Virus record (IMG/VR): IMGVR_UViG_2558860244_000005
Span: 15,338 to 79,337 of that record
Source of the DNA: a virus
Taxonomy: Duplodnaviria > Caudoviricetes
Direction: 5' to 3' (one strand)
Length of the DNA: 64,000 nt
Below, in pieces: positions 35,006 to 44,697 of the stretch (its first letter is position 1; each line of letters opens with the position of its first letter). Below the pieces are notes generated by a model. It had not been told where the DNA came from. It ran no database searches and worked only from the letters and a program-made list of their open reading frames with translations. Made by a program: the position numbers and the translations under genes.

Positions 35006-38000
35006 TTCGCAACTCCCGAAACAGCGAACGCCCGGCCGCCCGAATCCGCGCTCGTATCTTCCAGCACCCGCGCGGAGCGGTTGACGCCGTTGACGATCGC
35101 CGCCTGACCGTTGTTCAGATCGGCGCGCAGCTGAGCCACTTCCGTGCGGAGCGCCCGCAGCTCAGAGACATTGTCGTTGCTGCCGCTGGTCGATGACGTT
35201 CCCGCCGTGGCGCTGGTGGCCGCGTCGATGGCGGAGGCCGCCGTGGCCGAGGCGGACGACGTGGAGGAACCACCCGCGTAACCCTTGGTCGCGTCGATGA
35301 CGCCTTCCAGGCTGGCCGCCGTCTCCGCCTTGATCCGCTCCAGCTCCTGCCGGCTCGTGGCGACGTTGCCGGCGACTTCGAGCAGCGACTGGCTGAGGTC
35401 GGCCAGCTTGGCAGCCGCCTCCTGATCGCCGCCCCGCGCCGCGAGCACGGCGGCATTGAACTGCCCCTGCAAGGTGGCGAAGCTGGCGGCATCGCTGCCG
35501 CCGGTGAGGCCGCGAATGCGGTTCACTTCGTCCACCAGGCTATCGCTGACCGATTCCCACGCCTGGCGCAGCTGCTCGGCCGCCGTGGCCGCCGCTTCCT
35601 GCGCCTGGGTGAGCTTCTCCTGCGCGGCGTTGGCGTCTTCGATCGCGTAGAGCTGCTGGAGCAAGGCGCGCTGCGCGTCGCTGGTGGCGTCCCGCAGTTC
35701 CTTGGCGCGGGCGATGGCCGTCGCGGTGCCTTCGTCGCCCTGGGCCTCGGCGATCCGCGAACGGATGTCGTTGAGGGCATCCGCCTCCTTGTTCATCGCC
35801 TCCTGCCGCTTGATCGACAGAAGCTGTTCGAGCTGGGCGTATTCCGCCGCCGTGGCGCCCGCCTCGGCGAAGATCGAGCGCAGGTTGGCGAATTCCTTGT
35901 CGATCGTGTCGAGCTCGGCGCCGACCGGATCGAGGTACGTCTTCAGCTCGGTGAACACGTTCTCGAAGCTGAGCGCCTTGTTGATCTGCGCGGACAGATC
36001 GTCGCCCGCCTTCAGCAGGTTGTTCGTGGAGGCGCGGATGCCGTTGATCGCGCCGCGCTCGATCGCCAGTTTCATCGCGTAGGCCACGGCGGCCTCGGCG
36101 TCGTCGTTGAAGTCGACGGCGCCCTTCTTGACCTTGAGCGAGGTGCCCCCGGCGTTGACACGGTAGTCACCGTGCCGAACGCCGACGCTGATGTTGCCGA
36201 AGTTGCCGATGGAGCCACCGAACTGCGAGGCGAGATCGGCCAGGCCGCCATAGATGCTGTTGCCGGCGGCCAGCGCCGCCTTCTGCGACGATCCGCTGTT
36301 TCCGGACGTGCCGGAGACGCCCGCTGCCGACAGGTCGACCCGGCCCCACTTCACCTTCGTGAAGGCGCTGCCCAGAGCGCTGCCGAGCACACCGCCGAGC
36401 ACCGAACCGAGCGGACCGGCGAACTGGCCAAGGCCCTTGGACAAGCTCTCCAGCCCCTTCGACAGCGTCTTCTCCACGACCTTGCTGCCGCCAAGCGCGC
36501 CACCGATCGCGGAGCCGGTCTGCTCGGAAGCGGACTGTCGACCAAATAGTGCGCTGCCGGCAACAAGGCCCATGCCTGCACTTTGAACGAGGGAAGTCAT
36601 CAACTTCCCGAATTCACCGCTCTTTTTGAAGACCTTGGAGAGTTCCGACCCGATGGTCTTCGAAAGGACGTTGCCCTGGCTATCCTTTTCCGTTCCCAAA
36701 CCAATGTTGAGCAGATTGCCGAACTTCCCGCCAACCGCAGACGTATTGCCAGTCAGCAACCCGAACAACGTACCGAGCCCTTTGCCAGCGCCGCCGAGGT
36801 TGCCCAAGGTGTTCACAAGATCGCGGTATTGGTCGTCGAGCAATGCGACGGCCTCTTTCTCTCTTGCGAGATCCTGCATTCGTTCATCCCAGCGCGCCTG
36901 GGACATGTTGCCGACCTCCTTCTGGAAGTCGGCCCAGTCTTGTTCCTGCCGCTTGGCAAGCTGCTCCGCCACATCCAGCACCATCCGGCCGGTCGCGTCC
37001 TGCAAGAACTTGTCCAGGTCGAATGCGTCCTTGGCAGCCTTTGCTGCCGCAGAACCGGCCTCTTTGCCGGCCTTTTTCGCGTCCCTTTTCATACGGGCGA
37101 TGGCGCGGGCCTGCGCGAAGGGGCTGATCTTGTCTGCCAGTTCGCCGATAAAGTCGCGCTGGATTGTATCGCCCAGCGTCTTGGCGACCCCCTTGCCCAG
37201 CTTTGCCGCCGCGCCGGTGTAGCTGTTGGCCACCTTCGCGATCTGGGGGGCTGTGAGCGTTGGCAGGGTGAGGCCCGCCTTCGCCAGGATGCGGTTTGCC
37301 TCGGACACGAAGCCGTTGACGCCGTTGACGGCAGAGGACAGCAGCTTGTTGATGGCGTCGATTGCCATGTTCACTGCGCTCAGGAAGATGTCAGCGACAC
37401 CCGCGGGGATCAGCTTGAAGTTCTCGAGAATTGTGCGGGGCACAAGTGTCATAAGGCCGATAAGCCTATTCGCAGCCCACTTCGCCCAATCTACAACGGT
37501 CGCCCATACGTTCCCCGTTTTGATGCCGAAGGCGTCGAAGGCGGAAGATAGCTCGCCCTTGAGCGCTGCGGCCACCGCATCCCATGCACCCAGCAAGGTG
37601 TCAGACCATGTGACGGTCACCTTGGCGTTTTCGTTGATTGAAGAAGTCAGCAGTGCCACGCCGGCCGCTGCTGCGGCCAACACCGCAAGAAAGGGAACGA
37701 ACGGAGCGATCAGGCCCGCTGTGGCAGCAATCAAGCCTTTGATGCCGATACCAGCTTGCGACATGATTCCGTTGATTTGGGTGCCCTGTTGAACAAGAGC
37801 GGTGAATGCCATTTTCAACGGCGCCGAACTCTGCGCCGCCGCCAACAGCTGGACGCCCAGATCTTGGAACTGAAATGCCAGGTTCTGAACGTGATGACCT
37901 GCAAGTTTGGAGGTGTTGCCCGCTTTAGCGATGCCGGAACCTACTGCCGCGAGGTTGTCGTTTGCCGCCTTCGCCGACTTGGCGATATCGTTGGACGCGT

Positions 38001-38100
38001 CCTTCACGGCCCGCTTCACCTTGTCCATGTCGGCCTGAAGGCGCGCGACTTCCGCCACGATTTCAATGGAAAGGCGCCCCGCCGGTATACCTCCTGCCAC
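35002..38100 (-). CDS. Tape measure protein
   Basis: Long Ala/Gly-rich helical protein; likely start GTG 38100 (VAGGIPAGRLSIEI); NLAFQFQD motif. Confidence 0.9.
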   Translation of the reverse strand: MAGGIPAGRLSIEIVAEVARLQADMDKVKRAVKDASNDIAKSAKAANDNLAAVGSGIAKAGNTSKLAGHHVQNLAFQFQDLGVQLLAAAQSSAPLKMAFTALVQQGTQINGIMSQAGIGIKGLIAATAGLIAPFVPFLAVLAAAAAGVALLTSSINENAKVTVTWSDTLLGAWDAVAAALKGELSSAFDAFGIKTGNVWATVVDWAKWAANRLIGLMTLVPRTILENFKLIPAGVADIFLSAVNMAIDAINKLLSSAVNGVNGFVSEANRILAKAGLTLPTLTAPQIAKVANSYTGAAAKLGKGVAKTLGDTIQRDFIGELADKISPFAQARAIARMKRDAKKAGKEAGSAAAKAAKDAFDLDKFLQDATGRMVLDVAEQLAKRQEQDWADFQKEVGNMSQARWDERMQDLAREKEAVALLDDQYRDLVNTLGNLGGAGKGLGTLFGLLTGNTSAVGGKFGNLLNIGLGTEKDSQGNVLSKTIGSELSKVFKKSGEFGKLMTSLVQSAGMGLVAGSALFGRQSASEQTGSAIGGALGGSKVVEKTLSKGLESLSKGLGQFAGPLGSVLGGVLGSALGSAFTKVKWGRVDLSAAGVSGTSGNSGSSQKAALAAGNSIYGGLADLASQFGGSIGNFGNISVGVRHGDYRVNAGGTSLKVKKGAVDFNDDAEAAVAYAMKLAIERGAINGIRASTNNLLKAGDDLSAQINKALSFENVFTELKTYLDPVGAELDTIDKEFANLRSIFAEAGATAAEYAQLEQLLSIKRQEAMNKEADALNDIRSRIAEAQGDEGTATAIARAKELRDATSDAQRALLQQLYAIEDANAAQEKLTQAQEAAATAAEQLRQAWESVSDSLVDEVNRIRGLTGGSDAASFATLQGQFNAAVLAARGGDQEAAAKLADLSQSLLEVAGNVATSRQELERIKAETAASLEGVIDATKGYAGGSSTSSASATAASAIDAATSATAGTSSTSGSNDNVSELRALRTEVAQLRADLNNGQAAIVNGVNRSARVLEDTSADSGGRAFAVSGVAK

Positions 38101-38170
38101 GAAACGACTCCTGTTATTGAATACGTAAGGGTTCCCGCGTACGGGTGCCCGCACACGAGGGGGACGACCA

Positions 38171-38482
38171 ATGGCGGAACTGACTACCGGCGAATTGATG
38201 CTGATCGAGCAGAGAGTGACCAACGCCAGCAAGAGCGCTGGCGTGGCCTATCTGCTTTGGATTTTCACTTGGCCGGTGAGCGGCCATCGGTTCTATCTTG
38301 GACGCCCTGGGACCGCGATTTTGCAGATCCTGAGCTATTTCGTTCTCATCGGTTTCGTCTGGCTCCTCATCGACGGCTTCCTCATTTCCGGAATGATCCG
38401 AGATGGTCAGAACCGCGAACGGACCCGCTTGATGGATTACCTGCGAGCGGAAAAGGATGAGAAGGCGGTCGCGGCCGCTTAG
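38171..38482 (+). CDS. TM2-domain membrane protein (moron)
   Basis: KSAGVAYLLWIF...GHRFYLG...AILQIL TM2 signature; antisense to the tail operon. Confidence 0.85.
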   Translation: MAELTTGELMLIEQRVTNASKSAGVAYLLWIFTWPVSGHRFYLGRPGTAILQILSYFVLIGFVWLLIDGFLISGMIRDGQNRERTRLMDYLRAEKDEKAVAAA

Positions 38483-38933
38483 CGCTTCAATGTCGCTACC
38501 ATGGCCGCGAATTGGGCCTCGACCCGGCTGCGAGCAAGTTCCTGATCGACCTGCACCATAGGCTCAATGCAGGTAGGCTTGCGCGCGTCGTCACGCTGGT
38601 TGACGAAGGCCCGCGACAGCCGTCGCAGTGTCCTCGCCTCCCAAGGGGACAGATCGACCCCCATCAGCCGCGACCACTCCGCCATTTCGGAGAACCCGAT
38701 GGGGACAGAGGTTTCGCCAGCGGGCGCGGTCGGCCCGATCTCCAGCAGCCAGTTGGTAAGGTAGGGCGCGGGATTGTGGGGCAGGACCGGCTCTTGACCC
38801 CGCGCCTTCAGTGATTCCGCGCGCGTTACCGGCTCGGGCGGCTTGCCCGCGCCGGTGTGTTCGACGCGCGGAGCCGTATTCAGCCAGGCGAGCTGACGAA
38901 CCCAGAGTTCGAGAGCGACTGCGACGCCTTCAT
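38479..38933 (-). CDS. Tail chaperone gpT (-1 frame extension of gpG)
   Basis: The -1 frame is open from the slippery site to TAA 38479: YEGVAVALELWVRQLAWL...MAEWSRLMGVDLSPWEARTLRRLSRAF. Confidence 0.75.
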
Positions 38934-39329
38934 AAAATTTTCCCAGCTCTTGGTATCGACGCCCATGTGGTCGCGGATGTAGCCGAGATGGTGGTCATTG
39001 TAGACGGCGGCGACAGTCTCCTTGTCACCGTTCGCGCCCGGATACTCCAGGCCGTTGAACCGCTTGGTGATGGCGCAGAGGAACTCGATCTCGTCTTCGG
39101 TCTCGTTGTCGAGCGCCGCCTCGAACTTGCCGTTGGCTTCGCGGGACCGCTTGATCGCCTTTCGGCGACGCGCAGCATCGGCGACCTGCCAGATTTTGGA
39201 GCCAGGGCCGAACACCGTAGCAGTGATCGGCGCCTTGGTCTCGGGGTCCAGGAAGGGCGAGCCGTCGGCATTCTTGACGGGAAGATCGGAAACGTCCGCA
39301 ACGCGGTGGTTGGTGATGATGAGAGCCAT
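38880..39329 (-). CDS. Tail assembly chaperone gpG
   Basis: Between major tail and tape measure; in-frame slippery A_AAT_TTT at 38940-38934. Confidence 0.8.
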   Translation of the reverse strand: MALIITNHRVADVSDLPVKNADGSPFLDPETKAPITATVFGPGSKIWQVADAARRRKAIKRSREANGKFEAALDNETEDEIEFLCAITKRFNGLEYPGANGDKETVAAVYNDHHLGYIRDHMGVDTKSWENFMKASQSLSNSGFVSSPG

Positions 39330-39385
39330 GCGGCTGTCCTTTCAGGGAAGGGTGTCGGCCGGTCACCCTGATGACCGGCCGACAT

Positions 39386-39407
39386 GAAAAACCCCGCAGA
39401 AGCGGGG
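39386..39407 (-). terminator. Terminator after the major tail gene
   Basis: CCCCGC-TTCT-GCGGGG followed by TTTTT on the minus strand. Confidence 0.7.
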
Positions 39408-39434
39408 CGGAAGCTCAGGGACAGTTGGGTAGCA

Positions 39435-39902
39435 TCAGTTAGCGGGCTCGTAGACGATGCCGTCTTCGTCCTGGCTCACGATCGTCCATTCCAGAGTAAT
39501 CTGCCGGGTGGCAATGGTGTTCACGTCGCCGTAGTTACGCGTGCCGCCCATCACGAGCGCCCGGCCATAAATGGTTCCGAGTTTCGGATGTTCGAACGAA
39601 ATGGAGGCTGGGTCATCGGAACGGCTCAGGGTGTCCAGAAGATCCTGCCCGGCGTCGTCCGGGTCGATGCCGACAGTGATCGTCTGGCTGCCAAGCGTGT
39701 AACCGCCCTTGGCCTTGCTCTCGCCTCGATTGGTGATGTTGCGCCACGACACTACCTCGTAGACGCGTTCGGGCAGATCGCCCAAGTCGCTCACTTCACC
39801 AACGTCGGTAAAGGCGAGCGCGGAATAGCCTGCCTCGTTGTAAGTCGCCGGGGCAGCGGCGGATACCGAGAACTTTGTCCCGGCGCTCGTGTAGACGCTC
39901 AT
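39435..39902 (-). CDS. Major tail tube protein
   Basis: TSAGTKFSVSAAAPATY...VGEVSDLGDL...DDAGQ. Confidence 0.85.
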   Translation of the reverse strand: MSVYTSAGTKFSVSAAAPATYNEAGYSALAFTDVGEVSDLGDLPERVYEVVSWRNITNRGESKAKGGYTLGSQTITVGIDPDDAGQDLLDTLSRSDDPASISFEHPKLGTIYGRALVMGGTRNYGDVNTIATRQITLEWTIVSQDEDGIVYEPAN

Positions 39903-39964
39903 CGTAGTCTCCTTAGAAAAGCCCCGCTGGCGCGGGGTGGCGCATCGCCGGGATCGGCAATCTT

Positions 39965-40141
39965 TCAGTCAGCCCCGTCAGCGGCCTTGGGTTCGGATTT
40001 CGCCTTCGCGGGCGCGCGCTCAAAGCGTCCAGTCACTTCGAGGTCGGTGAATTGCTGCAAGGGCATCGAGACGGTCGCGCCCTTTTCGTAGGTGGTCCCG
40101 TTCAAGGTCGTGCGGCGCGTCGCTTTTGCGCTGATCATCAT
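39965..40141 (-). CDS. Small tail-region protein
   Basis: GGAG RBS; overlaps the DUF3168 stop. Confidence 0.65.
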   Translation of the reverse strand: MMISAKATRRTTLNGTTYEKGATVSMPLQQFTDLEVTGRFERAPAKAKSEPKAADGAD

Positions 40142-40545
40142 CGTGTCTCCAGATAGCTGACGAGGAAATCCTGGCTCCGGCACCAGATCGAAGGATCCTC
40201 GATCATGAAGTCAGGCCCGGCCGAATCGGTGTGGATGGTCACGGCGTCGATACCATCGACAACGACATTAACCCGATCCGCCGCCGCACGGCGGACAGCC
40301 CGCATCACGGCGGCCCGCTCGGGGTAATCGCTCGCCATGACGGTCACCTGCACGCGCTCGCGGACGTGGCGGCGGGCACCGGGGGCCGGGATGTTGCGGT
40401 CGTTCTTGCTCACGCTCTCCAGCATGATCCAAGGCAGAGCGAACCCGAGAGGACTAGGACCGGCTGCAACCCGCTCCGCCGGCACCAGCGACGCAACGCC
40501 GGCATCAGCGACAAGCACCTGCACTAGGGCGGCGACGCCATCCAT
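40138..40545 (-). CDS. Tail terminator (DUF3168 family)
   Basis: ALVQVLVADAGVASLV...RVQVTVMA; position. Confidence 0.8.
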   Translation of the reverse strand: MDGVAALVQVLVADAGVASLVPAERVAAGPSPLGFALPWIMLESVSKNDRNIPAPGARRHVRERVQVTVMASDYPERAAVMRAVRRAAADRVNVVVDGIDAVTIHTDSAGPDFMIEDPSIWCRSQDFLVSYLETR

Positions 40546-40664
40546 TACAGCATACCCCAGAGCCAAGCCGACTGGGGCTCGCCTAGCCGCGCGAGCAAAT
40601 AGCTCGCGGCGACCGCTCCAGCCAAGATCACGCCTACCCGGACGATTAGAGGTCCATTCGACAT
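40545..40664 (-). CDS. 39-aa hydrophobic microprotein (not in ORF track)
   Basis: MSNGPLIVRVGVILAGAVAASYLLARLGEPQSAWLWGML; TGATG and TAATG coupling on both ends. Confidence 0.65.
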   Translation of the reverse strand: MSNGPLIVRVGVILAGAVAASYLLARLGEPQSAWLWGML

Positions 40665-41218
40665 CAGACTGCCTCGTCAACCGGAGCGATGAAGCCCGTC
40701 TTGCCCTCCAAGAAGGCGCGGATCTTGCTGGCGTAAGCCTGGACGGCTTCATCAGCCTTCGCATCAAGGGCCGGCCGCATAAACGGGTGAGCCGCGAAAC
40801 CGGGATGATGGATGATGCCAGAGACATAGCGATCGCCGATTTTCATGGGCCGGGTCGTTACCTTGCCCTTGCCCTCGGCGGCATTGCGCACAGCAACCTT
40901 GCCCTGACCCGCCCCGGTGCGCGCAATAAGGTGGGCAGCAACGCCGAACTCGAAGAACGCGCCGAGGTAGGCGTGATCGCCGACCAGGCGGATGCTGACC
41001 GAGAACGTGCCGTCCTGATTCTGCCGGGGCGAGCCCGTCTTGATCGCCTTGGCCATCTTGCCACTCTGCTTCGGCGCCCGGGCGCGAGCCTCATCGCGGA
41101 CCGGCGCCGCGGCGGCGGTGAGCCCTTGGCGGATTGCCTGCTTCTGCATGCGCTGCGGCAGGGCCGAGAGAAAGGCGTCGAGATCGGCCAGCCCCTTGAC
41201 CGGAAAATTGCGGCTCAT
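40664..41218 (-). CDS. HK97 gp10-family tail completion protein
   Basis: VKGLADLDAFL...FFEFG...HPFMRPALD. Confidence 0.9.
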   Translation of the reverse strand: MSRNFPVKGLADLDAFLSALPQRMQKQAIRQGLTAAAAPVRDEARARAPKQSGKMAKAIKTGSPRQNQDGTFSVSIRLVGDHAYLGAFFEFGVAAHLIARTGAGQGKVAVRNAAEGKGKVTTRPMKIGDRYVSGIIHHPGFAAHPFMRPALDAKADEAVQAYASKIRAFLEGKTGFIAPVDEAV

Positions 41219-41568
41219 GGCTTCTCACCCCGTGTCGAGAGTTCCTGGACGATCAGTTCCAAGCCTTCACGGCGGCCCAGCTCGGCGGGCCCCGATACGA
41301 TCTCCATGACGCGGCCCCGGTAAACCACCCGCATGTCGGCGGTGATGTCCTCGCGGTAGCGCATCCGAATGCGAGCCGGCCGTTGCTGCATGGACGCGTT
41401 CTCGTCCACGCTCTCCGCGCGGCTCGGCAGCACGTCGCGCACCTGCGCCCAGACCTTCACATGCGGCTGCCAGGTCGTCTTCGACGTGTTGTACGTCGGA
41501 TCGCGCGTGGTCACCGGCTTCTCGAACTGGATGCGCCGGTCCAATGAGCCCGCTGCGATCATGCCCAT
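41215..41568 (-). CDS. Head closure / head-tail adaptor (SPP1 gp16-like)
   Basis: AGSLDRRIQFEK...VWAQV...IRMRYREDITADMRVVY. Confidence 0.9.
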   Translation of the reverse strand: MGMIAAGSLDRRIQFEKPVTTRDPTYNTSKTTWQPHVKVWAQVRDVLPSRAESVDENASMQQRPARIRMRYREDITADMRVVYRGRVMEIVSGPAELGRREGLELIVQELSTRGEKP

Positions 41569-42146
41569 CAGATCAACACCCGGCGAAATTGCCCGCAAAG
41601 TTGTTGAACCCCGAAGGGCACTTCCGCCTCGGTGCCGCGATCAGTCACAGCTTCGCGGTTTTTGTAGAGGTGGCCGAGGAACAGCCGAACCGCCGCCAAG
41701 AGCGAAGGCGGCGCCTTCCCCTCGGGGTAACCGGCAGAAAAGACTATGCGGACATCTCCGCCAATGTCTCCCGGCCAGCGTGCGCCCATCCTGGGCAGTA
41801 CATCACCGCGGGCATTGATGCGGTAGTCGGCAGGGCTCCCTTGCACGGGAAGGCCAGCGCGGTTGACCCACGCCACCGATGTGATGGCGGTTACGGGCCC
41901 CATGCTGAGGGTCAGAACCTCGGCGCCGCGGGGAAAGCCAGCGGCGGACCACTCGATGCCGGCGGCCGGCCCCAGTTTGAGGGAGCAATACCGCTCCACG
42001 AAATCGATCGAAGCGTCGCGCAGCGCCTGGATCAGAAAATCCTCATCGTCGCTGTCGGCCCGCAGATGCTCTTTGCACGCCTCCAGCGACAGGATCGCGT
42101 CGCCGTAGCCTTCCGGAAACGGCGCGTGGAGCAGCTCAAAGATCAT
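41568..42146 (-). CDS. Head-tail connector (gp6-like)
   Basis: LSLEACKEHLR...LGHLYKNRE. Confidence 0.9.
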   Translation of the reverse strand: MIFELLHAPFPEGYGDAILSLEACKEHLRADSDDEDFLIQALRDASIDFVERYCSLKLGPAAGIEWSAAGFPRGAEVLTLSMGPVTAITSVAWVNRAGLPVQGSPADYRINARGDVLPRMGARWPGDIGGDVRIVFSAGYPEGKAPPSLLAAVRLFLGHLYKNREAVTDRGTEAEVPFGVQQLCGQFRRVLI

Positions 42147-42161
42147 CTGCGGGTCCGGCGA

Positions 42162-42458
42162 TCAGTCGGCCTGGGAGGCCTGAAGGTTGGCTGCCACAGC
42201 GGCGTCGGGCGACAAGGTAGGATCGTTGAAGTCGATCTGATTGGCCGACACCGTCTGCCCCTTGCGGGGCGTGTTATCGACGGCCGGGTGATCGGTATCG
42301 ATGCCGCTGACGATCTCGGGTTCGATCAAGGCTCCCGATGCCGCAACGTCGGTGGCGGGGGTCAGGTCTGCCAGCGGGGACAGGGCGGTGTCGGGCACGC
42401 CGGGCACGTCGGATAGCTTCACATCGCTGGTATCCACGGTCTTTTTCGCAGCAGTCAT
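42162..42458 (-). CDS. Acidic hypothetical protein after the capsid gene
   Basis: AAGGAG RBS before MTAAKK. Confidence 0.7.
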   Translation of the reverse strand: MTAAKKTVDTSDVKLSDVPGVPDTALSPLADLTPATDVAASGALIEPEIVSGIDTDHPAVDNTPRKGQTVSANQIDFNDPTLSPDAAVAANLQASQAD

Positions 42459-42517
42459 GTCGATCTCCTTCGATAGTTCGACTAGGGAAACCGGCGGGCT
42501 TTCACCCGCCGATCGGA

Positions 42518-43798
42518 TCAGGCGCCGATGATCAGCGCCTTCATGGCGTCCGGGTTCTTGACGCCGCCGCCCACACGCTTGGTGGTGTAGAAGTGGACGA
42601 ACGGCTTGTTGGTGTAGGGATCGCGCAGCACACGGATTCCGATGCGGTCGATGACGAGGTAGGTTTCCCGCATGTCGCCGTAGAGCGCGGCGATATTGCC
42701 AGCGGCCACGGACGGCATGCCCGGAAGGTGCGCTACCGGCTGCCCCCCGATGGTGGCAGGCTGGCCAGCCTCGAAGGCCGGCTGCCACAGGTAGTTGCCC
42801 TGCCCATCCTTAAGCTTGCGAGCGGAACCGGCCGTCGTCCTGTTGAGGAAGAGACGTGCGTTAGCCTCATACTCCTCCGGAAGCTCATAGATGAGCGTCA
42901 TCAGACCATCGCCCGTGAGCGCGGCCGCCGCACCGGAATTCACGGCTTTGATGTCGCCCCAGGGGTGACGTGCAGCATTTGCGCCGCCGGTGACGTAGGT
43001 CAGGATGCCGTGAGGCTTGTTGTTGCCATCGCCCGAAAGGTTGGCGATGCCCTCCTGACGGGCAAACTCGGTTTCGACTTCGTCGGCCAGCCAAGCTTCG
43101 ACGTCGAATTCCGCGTCGTCGATCAGGCCCTGCGATGCAGCAGGATTGGCGTAGAGCTCACCAAGGCCCCAACCGAGCGAGGTAAGCCCCGGCGTGGTGG
43201 TTGCAGGTCGAGCGGCAGTTTCACCGACCCAGCCCGAACCGACATTGCGATCCGAAAACACCTTGCTGAAGCCAGCGCCGCTGATCGAGATGACAGTCGC
43301 GTACTGACGGATGGACGACACCTGCTTGAGCCGACTTGCCAGGGTGCGATCCCACTCCACAGGCGCCAGGTAACCGCCTTCGCCATCCGTCTTCGTCGCG
43401 GCAGCCTTCACCGTTTCGAGCCGATCCGAGCTGACGCCGCGGCGGAAGTAGGAATTGAACTGCTCGGTATATTCGGGGTCCCGCGGATCTTCCTTGCCCC
43501 CGATCTTGGCTGCCGCGATCTTGGCCAGGGCGGCGTCCATCGCCTCTTCGATATTGCCGATCGAAGTGTTGATGCGCTCGACGTGCTCCTGAAGCACCGC
43601 GTCGTCGACCTTGGACTTGAGCGATTCTTCATGCTTCGCGCGCATTTCCACGACAGCCTTGTTCAGCTGTTCGAAGAGGGCTTTGGGATCGTTTCCATCG
43701 GCGCGGATGGTGGCGCCGAGCAGTGCTCGGGGCGCGGCGGCCGCGGTGAGAAGGGCGCACGGCGACGACGCCCCAAGGATGAGGTGATTAGGCTTCAT
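42518..43798 (-). CDS. Major capsid protein, HK97 family
   Basis: Delta-domain coiled coil, GGYLAP, GDGNNKPHG, FYTTKRVGGGV. Confidence 0.97.
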   Translation of the reverse strand: MKPNHLILGASSPCALLTAAAAPRALLGATIRADGNDPKALFEQLNKAVVEMRAKHEESLKSKVDDAVLQEHVERINTSIGNIEEAMDAALAKIAAAKIGGKEDPRDPEYTEQFNSYFRRGVSSDRLETVKAAATKTDGEGGYLAPVEWDRTLASRLKQVSSIRQYATVISISGAGFSKVFSDRNVGSGWVGETAARPATTTPGLTSLGWGLGELYANPAASQGLIDDAEFDVEAWLADEVETEFARQEGIANLSGDGNNKPHGILTYVTGGANAARHPWGDIKAVNSGAAAALTGDGLMTLIYELPEEYEANARLFLNRTTAGSARKLKDGQGNYLWQPAFEAGQPATIGGQPVAHLPGMPSVAAGNIAALYGDMRETYLVIDRIGIRVLRDPYTNKPFVHFYTTKRVGGGVKNPDAMKALIIGA

Positions 43799-43812
43799 GA
43801 TATCCTCAGTGG

Positions 43813-44697
43813 TTAAGCCCGGAGGCTGTCCAGAACAGCGGCGGCCGAAGCCATCCAGTCGGTGGAGCCAGCGCCAGGCGTGGCTTTGTCATCGGCAGCG
43901 TCCGGCTTGCCTTTGATGCTTTTGATCCGGGCGCGCGCTTGTGCGCGGGTCATGCCCGAATTTACGAGGGTCAGCTCCATGGCGCGAACCTCATTGGCTT
44001 CGCGGTCAGACGCCTTCGCGGTCTCATCGACCTTCATCTGATCGGCTGCCAGAAGCGCGTTGGCGAAGCCCCGTTCGATAGCCATGGAGCCCGACATCCA
44101 TGTTTCGTCGTCCATCCATCGGGCACAGGTCTTGGCCTCCTGACCGGATCGAGCGGCATAAACGTCTGCCATTGCCTGGTCGAAGGGGGCCAGAAACGCG
44201 GCGACCTCTTCGAAGTCATTGCGGTTGCCCGCCGCCACGACCCAGCAATTGTGGATCATGAGGAACGACGCCGCGCCAATTTCGATGGTATCAGCGGCCA
44301 TGGTGATCACTGACGCTGCGGACGCGGCCATGCCCATTACCTTCACGGTGATGGGCTGCGGGTGCTCGCGCAGCACGTTGTAGATGGCGAGGCCTTCGAA
44401 CATGTCGCCGCCACCGGAGTTGATCTGAACCTCAATCGGCCGATCACCGATGGCGCGCAGCTGAGCAGCGACCCTCTTTGCGGTAACGCCGCCACCCGTC
44501 CACCAATCCTCGCCGATCACATCGAACATGGTGATGACGTTGTCCCCCTGCTCAAGGGCCGATGGGCGAATGCCGGCTGCATCCTCGCCCCAACGGTCCA
44601 TTACGGGCAGAGGGGAGAAAGCAGACACGCGGCGATCGGCAGGAACAGGTAGCGCGGCAGGCCGCGCCATCGCCATCACTCGGGGCATTTTACGCAT
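43813..44697 (-). CDS. Head maturation protease, ClpP-like
   Basis: INSGGGDMFEG, AASAAS, LMIHN, ETWM motifs. Confidence 0.93.
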   Translation of the reverse strand: MRKMPRVMAMARPAALPVPADRRVSAFSPLPVMDRWGEDAAGIRPSALEQGDNVITMFDVIGEDWWTGGGVTAKRVAAQLRAIGDRPIEVQINSGGGDMFEGLAIYNVLREHPQPITVKVMGMAASAASVITMAADTIEIGAASFLMIHNCWVVAAGNRNDFEEVAAFLAPFDQAMADVYAARSGQEAKTCARWMDDETWMSGSMAIERGFANALLAADQMKVDETAKASDREANEVRAMELTLVNSGMTRAQARARIKSIKGKPDAADDKATPGAGSTDWMASAAAVLDSLRA

